A DNA stretch of 64,000 bases from Chthoniobacterales bacterium (GTDB lineage: Bacteria; Verrucomicrobiota; Verrucomicrobiia; Chthoniobacterales; UBA10450): the NCBI GenBank assembly GCA_038234295.1, contig JBBSUP010000001.1, forward strand, positions 3,493 to 67,492, in the 5' to 3' direction. Positions 16,638 through 24,976 of the stretch are shown here, in pieces. The notes under the pieces are model-generated. The model was given only the letters and a program-made list of their open reading frames with translations, searched no databases and was not told the DNA's origin. Position numbers and translations under genes: made by a program. How positions within the stretch are numbered: position 1 is the stretch's first letter; each line of letters opens with the position of its first letter.

Positions 16638-18566
16638 ATGCGCGGATCGTCTCGTGACGCGGTGGAGGAGTTCGAGGAACTCCGCCGCCTCTTGCTCAGC
16701 TCGGAGCGTAAGGAACTCGCGGAGCTGCGCGAGCAGATTACCGACAAGGAGCGGCGCTCGCAGGACATCGCCGCCGTCCTGCCCGCGGCGATAAAAATGA
16801 GCCGTGAACGCGGCGGCGAACTCGCCGGCGCGCTCCGGCCCGCGGTCGAATCTTCCGTGCAGGAATCGATCGAGCGGCGCCCGGAAACTTTCGTCAACGC
16901 GCTCCATCCGATTATCGGGCCGATCGTCCGGCGCTCGCTCGCCGAGAGCATGCGGCGGTTGCTTCAGTCGCTGAATCAATCGCTCGAGCACACCTTTTCG
17001 TGGCGCGGTTTGAAGTGGCGCTTCGAGGCGCTCCGCACCGGCAAAAGCTTCGCCGAAGTGGTGATGCTGCGGAGCCTGGTCTATCGCGTGGAGCAGGTTT
17101 TTCTCATCCATCGCGAGACGAGTCTGGCGTTGCTCCACGCCTCCGCCGATCCCGCGCTCAGTCGCGATTCCGACATGGTCGCGGGGATGCTCAGCGCGAT
17201 TCAGGATTTTGCGCGCGACTCTTTTCAGACCGGCGCCGATTCGAATCTCGAAGAGTTCCGCATCGGTGAGCTCCAGGTTTGGATCGCGCCCGGGCCGTCG
17301 GCTTATCTCGCGGCGGTGATTCGCGGAAATCCTTCGCGTGAACTGCGGACCACGCTCGAGGATGCGATCGACGGCATTCATACTTTGAAAGGCTCGGCGC
17401 TCGCGAATTTCCAGGGAGATCCCGCCGTGTTCGAGTCGCTTCGGCCCGAGCTCGAGAACTGCCTGCGCGCGCAGTATGCCGAGAAAAAAGGCAAGAGACG
17501 CCCGACCCGCGCGTGGTTTCTCATCATTTTAGCGGCATCAGTTGTCGCGGCCGCCCTGATCGCCCTCGGGCTGCACGCGCGGCATTGGTCGCGGTTCGTT
17601 AGGCAACTGCGCACCTATCCCGGCATCGTCGTGACCGAGGCCGAGCATCATTGGTTTGGGAAATCGCAGGTCGCTGGTTTGCGCGATGCCGCCTCGACCG
17701 ATCCTGCGAAGATCACCCGCGCCGCCGGTTTGGATCCGGCCGACATCGATTTCCAGTGGAAGGATTATCTCGCGCTCGACGACGCGAGCGTGCAGCGCCG
17801 TTTCGAGTCGCGCTTCGGCGTGCCGCAGGGCGCGGGTCTGAGCCTGCACCAGGGCGTGCTCACGCTGACCGGCACGCCACCTTACGAATGGCTCGATCGC
17901 GTCCGGCACGAAGGGACGCTCGTGTCCGGCGTGGACTCGATCGTCGATCAGGCCGCGAAAATTTCCTACGATCGCAATCTCGCGCAGGAGCGCTTCGAGG
18001 CGCGCTTCGGTTTGCCCGATGGAATTTATGCGCAGGTGACAGACGGCGTGCTCAGCCTTTCCGGCGAAGCCACGCACCGCTGGTTGAAACGCGTGGAGGC
18101 CGAAGCCGCGAAGTTGCCGGGCATCGATTCGGTCGATGCGAGCAACGCCGTCGATCTCGATCAGCGCGCATTTAGTCAGTCGAAATCGATCATCGAAAGC
18201 GCCTTCGTTTACTTCCTCATCAACAAGGACAACATCGCGACCGAGGGCTTCGCCGCGCTCTCGCGCTTGCCCGACGAAATCCGCCGCTGCGACACCGCCG
18301 CGCGCCGCATCGGCGTCGAGATTTCCATCGAGATCGACGGCTACGCCGACGCGGTTGGCGACGACGTCAGCAACAGCGACCTCAGCCGTCGGCGCGCGGA
18401 AAAAGTTCGTGAGTTTTTGCTCACCTGTGGCTTCGATGCGCGCATGCTCGAAGCGGTCGGCAAAGGTCGCCGCCAACCGGTCCCAGGTGAGAAGGCGCTG
18501 CCTGAGGAATCTGACCGACGCGCTGAACTTAAGGTCATCAGTCGCCCCATCGTCGCGAAGCCATGA
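16638..18566 (+). CDS. membrane protein: cytoplasmic N-terminal domain, one TM helix, two BON-like repeats, C-terminal OmpA/MotB peptidoglycan-binding domain
   Basis: 642 aa with TM helix AWFLIILAASVVAAALIALGL. There is an internal duplication RRFESRFGVPQGAGLSLHQGVLTLTGTPPYEWLDRVRHEG / ERFEARFGLPDGIYAQVTDGVLSLSGEATHRWLKRVEAEA. The OmpA-like C-terminus is IEIDGYADAVGDDVSNSDLSRRRAEKVREFL..GKGRRQPV. Confidence 0.8.
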   Translation: MRGSSRDAVEEFEELRRLLLSSERKELAELREQITDKERRSQDIAAVLPAAIKMSRERGGELAGALRPAVESSVQESIERRPETFVNALHPIIGPIVRRSLAESMRRLLQSLNQSLEHTFSWRGLKWRFEALRTGKSFAEVVMLRSLVYRVEQVFLIHRETSLALLHASADPALSRDSDMVAGMLSAIQDFARDSFQTGADSNLEEFRIGELQVWIAPGPSAYLAAVIRGNPSRELRTTLEDAIDGIHTLKGSALANFQGDPAVFESLRPELENCLRAQYAEKKGKRRPTRAWFLIILAASVVAAALIALGLHARHWSRFVRQLRTYPGIVVTEAEHHWFGKSQVAGLRDAASTDPAKITRAAGLDPADIDFQWKDYLALDDASVQRRFESRFGVPQGAGLSLHQGVLTLTGTPPYEWLDRVRHEGTLVSGVDSIVDQAAKISYDRNLAQERFEARFGLPDGIYAQVTDGVLSLSGEATHRWLKRVEAEAAKLPGIDSVDASNAVDLDQRAFSQSKSIIESAFVYFLINKDNIATEGFAALSRLPDEIRRCDTAARRIGVEISIEIDGYADAVGDDVSNSDLSRRRAEKVREFLLTCGFDARMLEAVGKGRRQPVPGEKALPEESDRRAELKVISRPIVAKP

Positions 18567-19066
18567 TCCAAAAAAAAGTCTGCATGATCGGCGCGTCCGG
18601 CGTCGGGAAAACGAGCCTGGTCGCGAAGTTCGTCCACAGCATGTTCTCGGATAAATACCTCACCACCGTCGGAGTAAAGATCGATAAAAAGACGGTCGCG
18701 GTCGACGGCGCCGAGGTCATGCTCATGATCTGGGATCTCGCGGGCGACGACGATTATCAGCGGCTCCAGACTTCGTATTTGCGCGGGACGAGCGGCTATC
18801 TTCTCGTCGCGGATGGGACGCGCGCGGTGACGCTCGATCAGGTGCTCGAAATTCAGAGGCGGGTCGCGGAGGCGGTCGGCGCGCAGGTGCCATTTCTGCT
18901 CGCGCTCAACAAAGCGGATCTCGTGAACCAGTGGGAGATCGACGAGAAGCGGATGGCCGACCTCGAGACGCGCGGCTGGAAGAGTTTTAAGACGAGCGCC
19001 AAGGAAGGCGCGAGCGTGGAAGAGGTCTTCGTCGAGCTCGGACGCCGGATGTTGCCGCCTGCCTAA
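18563..19066 (+). CDS. Ras-superfamily small GTPase
   Basis: 167 aa carrying all five G motifs: G1 GASGVGKTS, G2 Thr in YLTTVGV, G3 WDLAGD, G4 NKAD, G5 TSAK. The ATG overlaps the upstream stop (ATGA). Codons 3-5 form an A8 run (18570-18577). Confidence 0.85.
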   Translation: MIQKKVCMIGASGVGKTSLVAKFVHSMFSDKYLTTVGVKIDKKTVAVDGAEVMLMIWDLAGDDDYQRLQTSYLRGTSGYLLVADGTRAVTLDQVLEIQRRVAEAVGAQVPFLLALNKADLVNQWEIDEKRMADLETRGWKSFKTSAKEGASVEEVFVELGRRMLPPA

Positions 19067-19072
19067 CGAGTC

Positions 19073-20182
19073 ATGGCGGCCGTAAATTCTTCCGCCAGCG
19101 CCGCGCTCGAAGCGCTCGGGTTCGCTCTTTTCCTGCGCGATGAAAGCGGTTCGATTCGCCTCCACGGCGCGGGCCCCGCGTGGCTCGCCGGTCTCTGGCC
19201 TGGCCTCACCACGACGTTGCCGGTCGCGGAGGCTTCGCCGTTTCTGGAGAACTTCCTCATCGACGCCGAAGAATCCTGGAGCGCCGGCGGCGCGACCCGC
19301 GTCCAATCCGGAGCGTGGATCGAGCAAACCGCCGAGGGCGACGAAGTCTCGCTCGAGGCGACGGCGCTTACGCTCGACGGCCAGCCAGCGTTGCTGCTCG
19401 AGAAACTGGGCGAAGTTTTCGAGAAGAAAAAAGCGATCCTGCAACACGCGCGCGAGACCGTCATCGCTTACCAGCGTTTGAATTCCGAGACGCAGAAGAA
19501 GGAGATTCTCCTCAGCTGCATCGCGGAGGAAATGAACGCTGCGCTCGCCAATGTCATCACCGCGTTGCGCTTGATCGAGCTGGAAAAACATTCCGCACGC
19601 GCGCAGCAACTGCTCAGCCTCGCGCTCCGTGCGACCGAGGAACAACAGGCGCTGATCAACAAGGTCCTCAACGTTTTCGCGGCCGAACTCGAAGGTCTTT
19701 ACGGCCGCGACGGCGAGATCGCGGCGGTGGCGTCGTTAGGCCAAGCTCTGCCCGCGGCCGGCGCTGCGCTCGCCGGAGCGTTCGCGGAAAAACGTGCGCA
19801 ACTTCAGTTACCTGACGAGTCCGCCGATCTTCCCTGGGTCGCGATGAATGCCGAACATCTCGAACGCGTCGCCACGAACTTGCTCGAGAATGCGCTCGAA
19901 AACGCCCCCGCCGCCGGCGTCGTCACCGTCTCGGTAAACACCGGCGACGACACCATCGAAGTCCGCGTGCAGGACAATGGCGCGCCGCTGCCGGCAAATA
20001 CGGATGCCGATTTTTTCGCGCGTGTCACGATGACGAACGCCGAGGCTTCCGGACGGCAGTTGCGTCTGCAGTTTTGCCGCATGGCGGTGGAAAAATGCCG
20101 GGGCGAATTCGGCTTCGACGCCGAGGGCGAGGGCAACTGCTTTTGGATTCGGCTCCCGCGCGCCGCTGCTCCCGCCGCATGA
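19073..20182 (+). CDS. histidine-kinase-like protein with degenerate H-box and ATP lid
   Basis: 369 aa. The DHp-like helix KKEILLSCIAEEMNAALANVITAL has Ala where the phospho-His is expected. An N-box NLLENALENA is present, but the G1/G2 boxes are degenerate (QDNGAPL, ASGRQLRLQF). Confidence 0.7.
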   Translation: MAAVNSSASAALEALGFALFLRDESGSIRLHGAGPAWLAGLWPGLTTTLPVAEASPFLENFLIDAEESWSAGGATRVQSGAWIEQTAEGDEVSLEATALTLDGQPALLLEKLGEVFEKKKAILQHARETVIAYQRLNSETQKKEILLSCIAEEMNAALANVITALRLIELEKHSARAQQLLSLALRATEEQQALINKVLNVFAAELEGLYGRDGEIAAVASLGQALPAAGAALAGAFAEKRAQLQLPDESADLPWVAMNAEHLERVATNLLENALENAPAAGVVTVSVNTGDDTIEVRVQDNGAPLPANTDADFFARVTMTNAEASGRQLRLQFCRMAVEKCRGEFGFDAEGEGNCFWIRLPRAAAPAA

Positions 20183-21498
20183 AGACGCTGGTCCTGATCG
20201 ACAGCGACTCCCTCACCCGCACGCTCATTTCCGAGTGCTTAATGGGAAGAGATTGGCGCGTGCTCGAAGCAGAAGACGGCCAGGCCGGGCTCGATCTCGT
20301 GCTCCAACATCAGCCGGAAGCGGTCATCTGCGAGATGCGCACGCCGAAGCGCAACGGCTTCCAGGTTTGCCGCACGATTCGCGAGCAGGATCCGCAGAAA
20401 TCGACCCGCGTGATCCTCACGACGGTGAGCCGTTTCGCGAACGATCGCGAGACCGCGTTTGCGGGCGGAGCGGATGACTACCTCATCAAACCGATCGTTC
20501 CCGGGGAGCTGCTCAAAGCGCTCGCTGCCGCCGGCCAGAACGGCGCGCCGGTCGCGGAGGAATCCGCGCCCGAGCCAGTCGCAACCGGGCCGACGCTCGT
20601 GCGTTTTTGGGGCGTGCGCGGATCAATCCCGTCGCCGGGCAAGGAGACTTCCGATTACGGCGGCAACACTTCCTGCGTCGAGGTTCGCGTCGGGAATCGC
20701 ATCATCATTCTCGACGCGGGTTCGGGCATTCGCCGCCTCGGCCAATCGCTCATGAAAGAGATCACGGCCGACGGCCTCGACGTCACCATGCTGATCACGC
20801 ACACGCACTGGGATCACATCCAGGGCTTCCCGTTTTTTGTGCCCGCCTACCATCCGAAAGTGAACATTCGCATCCTCGGTTACGAGGGCGCGGTCCATGG
20901 ATTGCGGGGCGCGCTTTTCGAGCAAATGCAGACGGCGTTTTTCCCGGTCGGCCTGAACCAGATGGCGACGCATCTGACCTTCGAGGAGATGGACGACATG
21001 CAGTTCGACCTCGGCGGTTCGGTGAAAGTGCGGACGATTTTCGCGAACCATCCCGGCATCTGCCTCGGCTATCGCCTCACGACTCCGAACGGCGACGTCG
21101 TTTACATGCCCGATCACGAAGCCTACGAACGCTGCGAGTTCGAACGCCAGAAAGCGGAGAAGGAAACTTCCGAGGCCGGTCTCGAATACGCGCGCCAGCA
21201 GGATGAGAAAGTCGTCGAATTTCTCCGCGGCGCGGAAGTGGTGATCGCGGATTCGCAATACGACGCGGTCGAATATCCGACCCGGCGCGGCTGGGGCCAC
21301 ACCTGCGCGGACGACACCGCGCTCCTCGCCGCGCGGGCCGGCGCGAAACGGGTTTACCTCTTCCACCACGATCCCGACCACGACGACGCGAAGATGGCGA
21401 AGATGGTGGAGAGCGCGCAGGCGGTTGTGCGACAAAGCGGCCTGCAGGTTCAGGTCTTCGCCGCGCGCGAAGGCGAGACTTTGTCGTTAGGCAGCTAG
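20179..21498 (+). CDS. receiver-like domain (Glu at phospho-acceptor position) fused to MBL-fold metallo-hydrolase
   Basis: ATG 20179 overlaps the upstream TGA. REC-like features are LVLIDSD, ..EAVICEMRTPKRNGF (E in place of D), VILTT and YLIKP. The MBL motif is ITHTHWDHIQGFPFF. The track ORF start 20074 is an upstream extension. Confidence 0.8.
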   Translation: MKTLVLIDSDSLTRTLISECLMGRDWRVLEAEDGQAGLDLVLQHQPEAVICEMRTPKRNGFQVCRTIREQDPQKSTRVILTTVSRFANDRETAFAGGADDYLIKPIVPGELLKALAAAGQNGAPVAEESAPEPVATGPTLVRFWGVRGSIPSPGKETSDYGGNTSCVEVRVGNRIIILDAGSGIRRLGQSLMKEITADGLDVTMLITHTHWDHIQGFPFFVPAYHPKVNIRILGYEGAVHGLRGALFEQMQTAFFPVGLNQMATHLTFEEMDDMQFDLGGSVKVRTIFANHPGICLGYRLTTPNGDVVYMPDHEAYERCEFERQKAEKETSEAGLEYARQQDEKVVEFLRGAEVVIADSQYDAVEYPTRRGWGHTCADDTALLAARAGAKRVYLFHHDPDHDDAKMAKMVESAQAVVRQSGLQVQVFAAREGETLSLGS

Positions 21499-21515
21499 CC
21501 GCGGGCGACCCGCGG
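21499..21515 (+). terminator. possible terminator hairpin CCGCGGG-CGA-CCCGCGG
   Basis: Perfect 7-bp GC stem starting 1 nt after the TAG of the REC-MBL gene. The trailing T tract is poor (ATTTG). Confidence 0.35.
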
Positions 21516-21530
21516 ATTTGCTCAGGCCAC

Positions 21531-21593
21531 TGTAGGGCGGGCGCTTCGCCTGCCCCGATTCAAACTGGGCAACCGAAGCGGTCGCCCTACAAT
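21531..21593. repeat. R1 hairpin repeat copy
   Basis: TGTAGGGCGGGCGCTTCGCCTGCCCCGATTCAAACTGGGCAACCGAAGCGGTCGCCCTACAAT. Confidence 0.85.
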
Positions 21594-21602
21594 TTGCGCG
21601 CC

Positions 21603-21681
21603 GTGGAGGGACGGGCGCCGTCCCGTCCGTGTCTGGTTGAGATCGGAACCAAACGGGGACGACACGGCGGTCATCCCTCCA
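21603..21681. repeat. R2 hairpin repeat copy
   Basis: GTGGAGGGACGGGCGCCGTCCCGTCCG...GGACGACACGGCGGTCATCCCTCCA. Confidence 0.85.
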
Positions 21682-21701
21682 ATCGCGTGCTAACTTCCTC
21701 A

Positions 21702-21983
21702 ATGATGAAAGCAACCTGGCACAACACTACCCTCGCCGAGAGCGACGATACCGTGGTCGTCGAAGGCAATCACTACTTCCCCGACGATTCCCTGAAGCGC
21801 GAATATTTCCGCGCGAGCGATCAGCACAGCCATTGCCCGTGGAAAGGCGAAGCGAGCTACTACGACATCGCCGTCGACGACGACGTGAACAAAGGCGCGG
21901 CCTGGTTTTATCCCGAGCCGAAGGAAGCTGCCGCCAGCATCAAGAACCACGTCGCATTCTGGAAAGGCGTCGAAGTCGCCTAA
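21702..21983 (+). CDS. DUF427-family protein
   Basis: 93 aa from ATG 21702. The sequence KATWHNTTLAESDDTVVVEGNHYFP..CPWKGEASYYDI..AAWFYPEP matches my memory of the DUF427 pattern. The track ORF start 21594 lies inside repeat R2. Confidence 0.75.
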   Translation: MMKATWHNTTLAESDDTVVVEGNHYFPDDSLKREYFRASDQHSHCPWKGEASYYDIAVDDDVNKGAAWFYPEPKEAAASIKNHVAFWKGVEVA

Positions 21984-21995
21984 CGAGTGTAGCAC

Positions 21996-22088
21996 TGTAG
22001 ACGCTTCGCTCTGCGAAGCGCGGGTATCGGCGTCACGGCAAGCTGCGGACGGTGTTACTCCCGCGTCGCTCAGAGGGCGACGTCTACA
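21996..22088. repeat. hairpin repeat R4 (TGTAGACG...CGTCTACA with inner CGCTTCGC-TCT-GCGAAGCG)
   Basis: Self-complementary ends and an inner perfect 8-bp stem. Related end motifs (GAGGCGTCTACA) recur at 37740-37750. Confidence 0.6.
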
Positions 22089-22117
22089 GAACTTGATAGA
22101 GAATAATTCGCGATCGG

Positions 22118-24976
22118 TTATTGGAGCCGAAAAGCTTCCACTAACCCGACCCCGATCCCGCCGTCCTTCCCCGCGACGATCGCGGTGTAGTTACCCGGAC
22201 CCAACGTCTGCACGAGGGCTGACTCGAGATTCTTCGTCGGTGGAATGCCCGTCGCGAGGATCGCGGCCATCTGATCGTCCTTCCAGTTATCGTTACTCCG
22301 CACGAGGTTGCCGTCCGGGTCGCGCAATTCCAGCGTCGGATCGGCCAGCGCCCCGCTCACCCCGGCGTCGCCCAGCGACGGGCCGAGAGCTCGGACCAGG
22401 ACCGTGTTGTCGCCGGTTCCGCCCGCGAGAATGAAGCCACCAATCATCACGTTCGCGCCCGTTCCTACCTTTCCTCTGGTGCTGATGTTGGCGAACTCTG
22501 AGTCTGCGGCCCCCGCCAAGTCGTACGCTTCGACCAAGGCGACGCCGCTCCCGCCGCTCTTGCCCTTGACCACCAGGGTGTAGGTGGCACCCGGTTCCAG
22601 TTCCGCGATGATGGCTGACTCTTTGTCATTCGTCGGAGGAACGCCGGTGGCGATGATCGCCGCCTTTTGCGTCGTCTTCCAGTTATCGTTACTCGTGATC
22701 AGCGAACCATCGCCACCATGTAGCTCCAGCACCGGGTCGGCCAGCACCCCCGTGACTCCGAAATCCGCCAGGGACGGACCGATCGCGCGCAGGATCACCG
22801 TCTTGGTTTCCGTCCCAGTCACGATGAAGCCTCCGATGAGGACGTCTTCGCCGGTCTCGACGCGGAGCCGGGTGGAGATGTTTTGGAACCGATTCGGGAG
22901 GGACGGCGCGAGGGCGACGACAAAGGGCGAAAGCGAATCGACCTCGGCGCAGACGGTGCGACTGGCGAAGTCTAACGACTGCAAGTCCGTGCGATCCACT
23001 AACTCTCCGTCTTCTCCGTGCAGGATGCGAACCCGGGCAAAAACGTCTGCGTCCGTGATCGAGTTGACGGTGAAGCAAACGGTGATGGGTGCGGTAAAAG
23101 TGGCTGTGGTGTTGATGTCGTAAGCCGGCGCGCCTTCCAGAATGTTGTAACCCTCCGGAGGAAGACCGGCCGAGGAAGGTGGCACAATCGCAGCAAAGGT
23201 CGTAAAGCCGGCCTTGGTAATCGATTGGAACGTCACGGTGGCGTCGCCCGCGGGAGCCTCGACGCTCACATCACTCCCCTTCGTCGTATTCGCCGGTTGA
23301 TCTTCAAACGCCCCTATATCCGACCCATCGCCGCCCGCGGCGTTGGGGACGGAAAGATTGTTGAAAGGCCGGGGTAGTGCGCGCTGATCGGTGATGACAT
23401 CTGCGCTCTTGCCCTTATCGATCGCGGGGCTGCCTGGGAGCAGGGCATGGGTAAGTGTGGGGCCGCCGTTGTTAGCCAGGGGACCTACCTTCGGATCGAC
23501 GTTAAACTGATCGCCAGTAGCAGCGGCGCTGTTGTTAGTATTGGCGGTATTGCCGATGATGTTGTAGCCGGCGGAATCGAATCCGCTGTAAAGATCGGGT
23601 CCGTTTCCCGCGGTGTTGCCCGCAATGATCGAGTTTTGGAGTTTAGGGCGGAATAGGAATTCTCCGTTCCCGCTCCTGAGTATCTCACCGTCAAATATTC
23701 CACCACCTCCATCACGGACAAAATTACTGGCTCCGGCAGAATTATTAACAACCGTTGAATTGATGAGTTCCAGACCAGTACTAAAATTATATATCCCACC
23801 GCCCCTTTCAGCGGCAGAGTTGCCGGAAATGGTTGAATTGATTATTCTTGTTATCTGTCCGCTCTGAGTTCCCGCGTCGGATACAGAAATCCCGCCTCCC
23901 GCGCCTTGACGGCTCGGCGGAATTCCGTCGGCGGAATTGTTCGAAACCGTCGAATCAATTATCGTAACGATACCTGAGGGATTACGAATTTGAATTCCAC
24001 CGGGACCAGATGCCCCGAAATTATTTGAAACTGTCACTCTTCGGAAGGTTACGACAGCTCCTCCATTCGTATTGATACCTCCAACCGTCCCGCCGCCGGT
24101 AGCTCCGGCTACATTGCCGGAAATGATAGTATCCGACATATCTACTTCGGCTTGGAAAAAGTCGATTCCGCCATAGGCTCCCTTCGAATTATTGCCGGTG
24201 ATCTGACAATTCGTAATGACATTAGTTCCGCGATAAATAGAAATGCCGCCAGTATTGCCCGATATAGCCCGATTGTTTGAAACGATTGTGTTTCGCATTG
24301 TGAGCTTATCAACTTCGAGGTATGTGGCAAATCCTCCAGCATTATTCGCGGAGTTTTCAGTAATCAGTGAATCGTTAATGGCAACACTTTTAACTCCGTT
24401 AAAATACATTCCTCCACCACTTGAGTTAGAGTTAGTGGTTATGACATTGTTTCTGATCACCATCGAATTCAGGGTTAGATTCGCCGCCAATTGAGCATAA
24501 ATCGCTCCGCCAATTGCGTTACTAACACCGCCAAAACCGCCAACACCGTTGCCGTCCCGCAGCGTCATTCCGTTCATCGTGACATTGGCATTTTGTTGTT
24601 CCTGACCCGGATTGCCGGCTAACAGAAATATCCGGCTGGCATTGTTGCCGCTGATCGTTAAGAGATTCGCTCCCGGTCCGTTGATCGTGACGAGTCTGCC
24701 CGTTTGTCCATTGAAATGCTGATCATCGGGGGTAATCAGGATCTCTCCGGTCGTCAACGTGATCGTGCGGGCGACGTTGAAAAACGTCGGGTCGAAATTG
24801 ATCGTATCCGCCTCCCCGTTCGTGTTCGCCGCCTCGATCGCCGCGCGCAGACTCCCCGCGCCGCTATCCTTTACGTTGGTGACGGTAAAGGTCGCCGCCG
24901 CGAGCTGCAGAGCAGAGGCGAGCAGAGCGAAAGCGATGAGAATCGGCGTTTTTCCCAAGAGTTTTTTCGTTGTCAT
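22118..24976 (-). CDS. secreted right-handed beta-helix repeat protein with two C-terminal ~110-aa repeat domains (copy A)
   Basis: Signal peptide MTTKKLLGKTPILIAFALLASALQLAAA. Many N/G/T-rich ~22-aa turns (..NSA..GGGI.., ..ISGN.A..GG..) typical of parallel beta-helix or polymorphic-membrane-protein repeats. The C-terminal tandem domain is ISTR..V.TG..V.IGGFI....V..RA.GPSL...GV.G.LADP.LEL....G....NDNWK..Q.. x2. Confidence 0.75.
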   Translation of the reverse strand: MTTKKLLGKTPILIAFALLASALQLAAATFTVTNVKDSGAGSLRAAIEAANTNGEADTINFDPTFFNVARTITLTTGEILITPDDQHFNGQTGRLVTINGPGANLLTISGNNASRIFLLAGNPGQEQQNANVTMNGMTLRDGNGVGGFGGVSNAIGGAIYAQLAANLTLNSMVIRNNVITTNSNSSGGGMYFNGVKSVAINDSLITENSANNAGGFATYLEVDKLTMRNTIVSNNRAISGNTGGISIYRGTNVITNCQITGNNSKGAYGGIDFFQAEVDMSDTIISGNVAGATGGGTVGGINTNGGAVVTFRRVTVSNNFGASGPGGIQIRNPSGIVTIIDSTVSNNSADGIPPSRQGAGGGISVSDAGTQSGQITRIINSTISGNSAAERGGGIYNFSTGLELINSTVVNNSAGASNFVRDGGGGIFDGEILRSGNGEFLFRPKLQNSIIAGNTAGNGPDLYSGFDSAGYNIIGNTANTNNSAAATGDQFNVDPKVGPLANNGGPTLTHALLPGSPAIDKGKSADVITDQRALPRPFNNLSVPNAAGGDGSDIGAFEDQPANTTKGSDVSVEAPAGDATVTFQSITKAGFTTFAAIVPPSSAGLPPEGYNILEGAPAYDINTTATFTAPITVCFTVNSITDADVFARVRILHGEDGELVDRTDLQSLDFASRTVCAEVDSLSPFVVALAPSLPNRFQNISTRLRVETGEDVLIGGFIVTGTETKTVILRAIGPSLADFGVTGVLADPVLELHGGDGSLITSNDNWKTTQKAAIIATGVPPTNDKESAIIAELEPGATYTLVVKGKSGGSGVALVEAYDLAGAADSEFANISTRGKVGTGANVMIGGFILAGGTGDNTVLVRALGPSLGDAGVSGALADPTLELRDPDGNLVRSNDNWKDDQMAAILATGIPPTKNLESALVQTLGPGNYTAIVAGKDGGIGVGLVEAFRLQ

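Noticed and set aside
7532-21986. The idea that the abundant 9-mer is a Chi site for the adjacent RecBCD or a KOPS/FtsK-orienting signal.
   Set aside because: Those signals are strongly co-oriented with replication. Here the two orientations are 13:12 overall and are mixed even within the single recCBD transcription unit. I cannot exclude it without replichore information.
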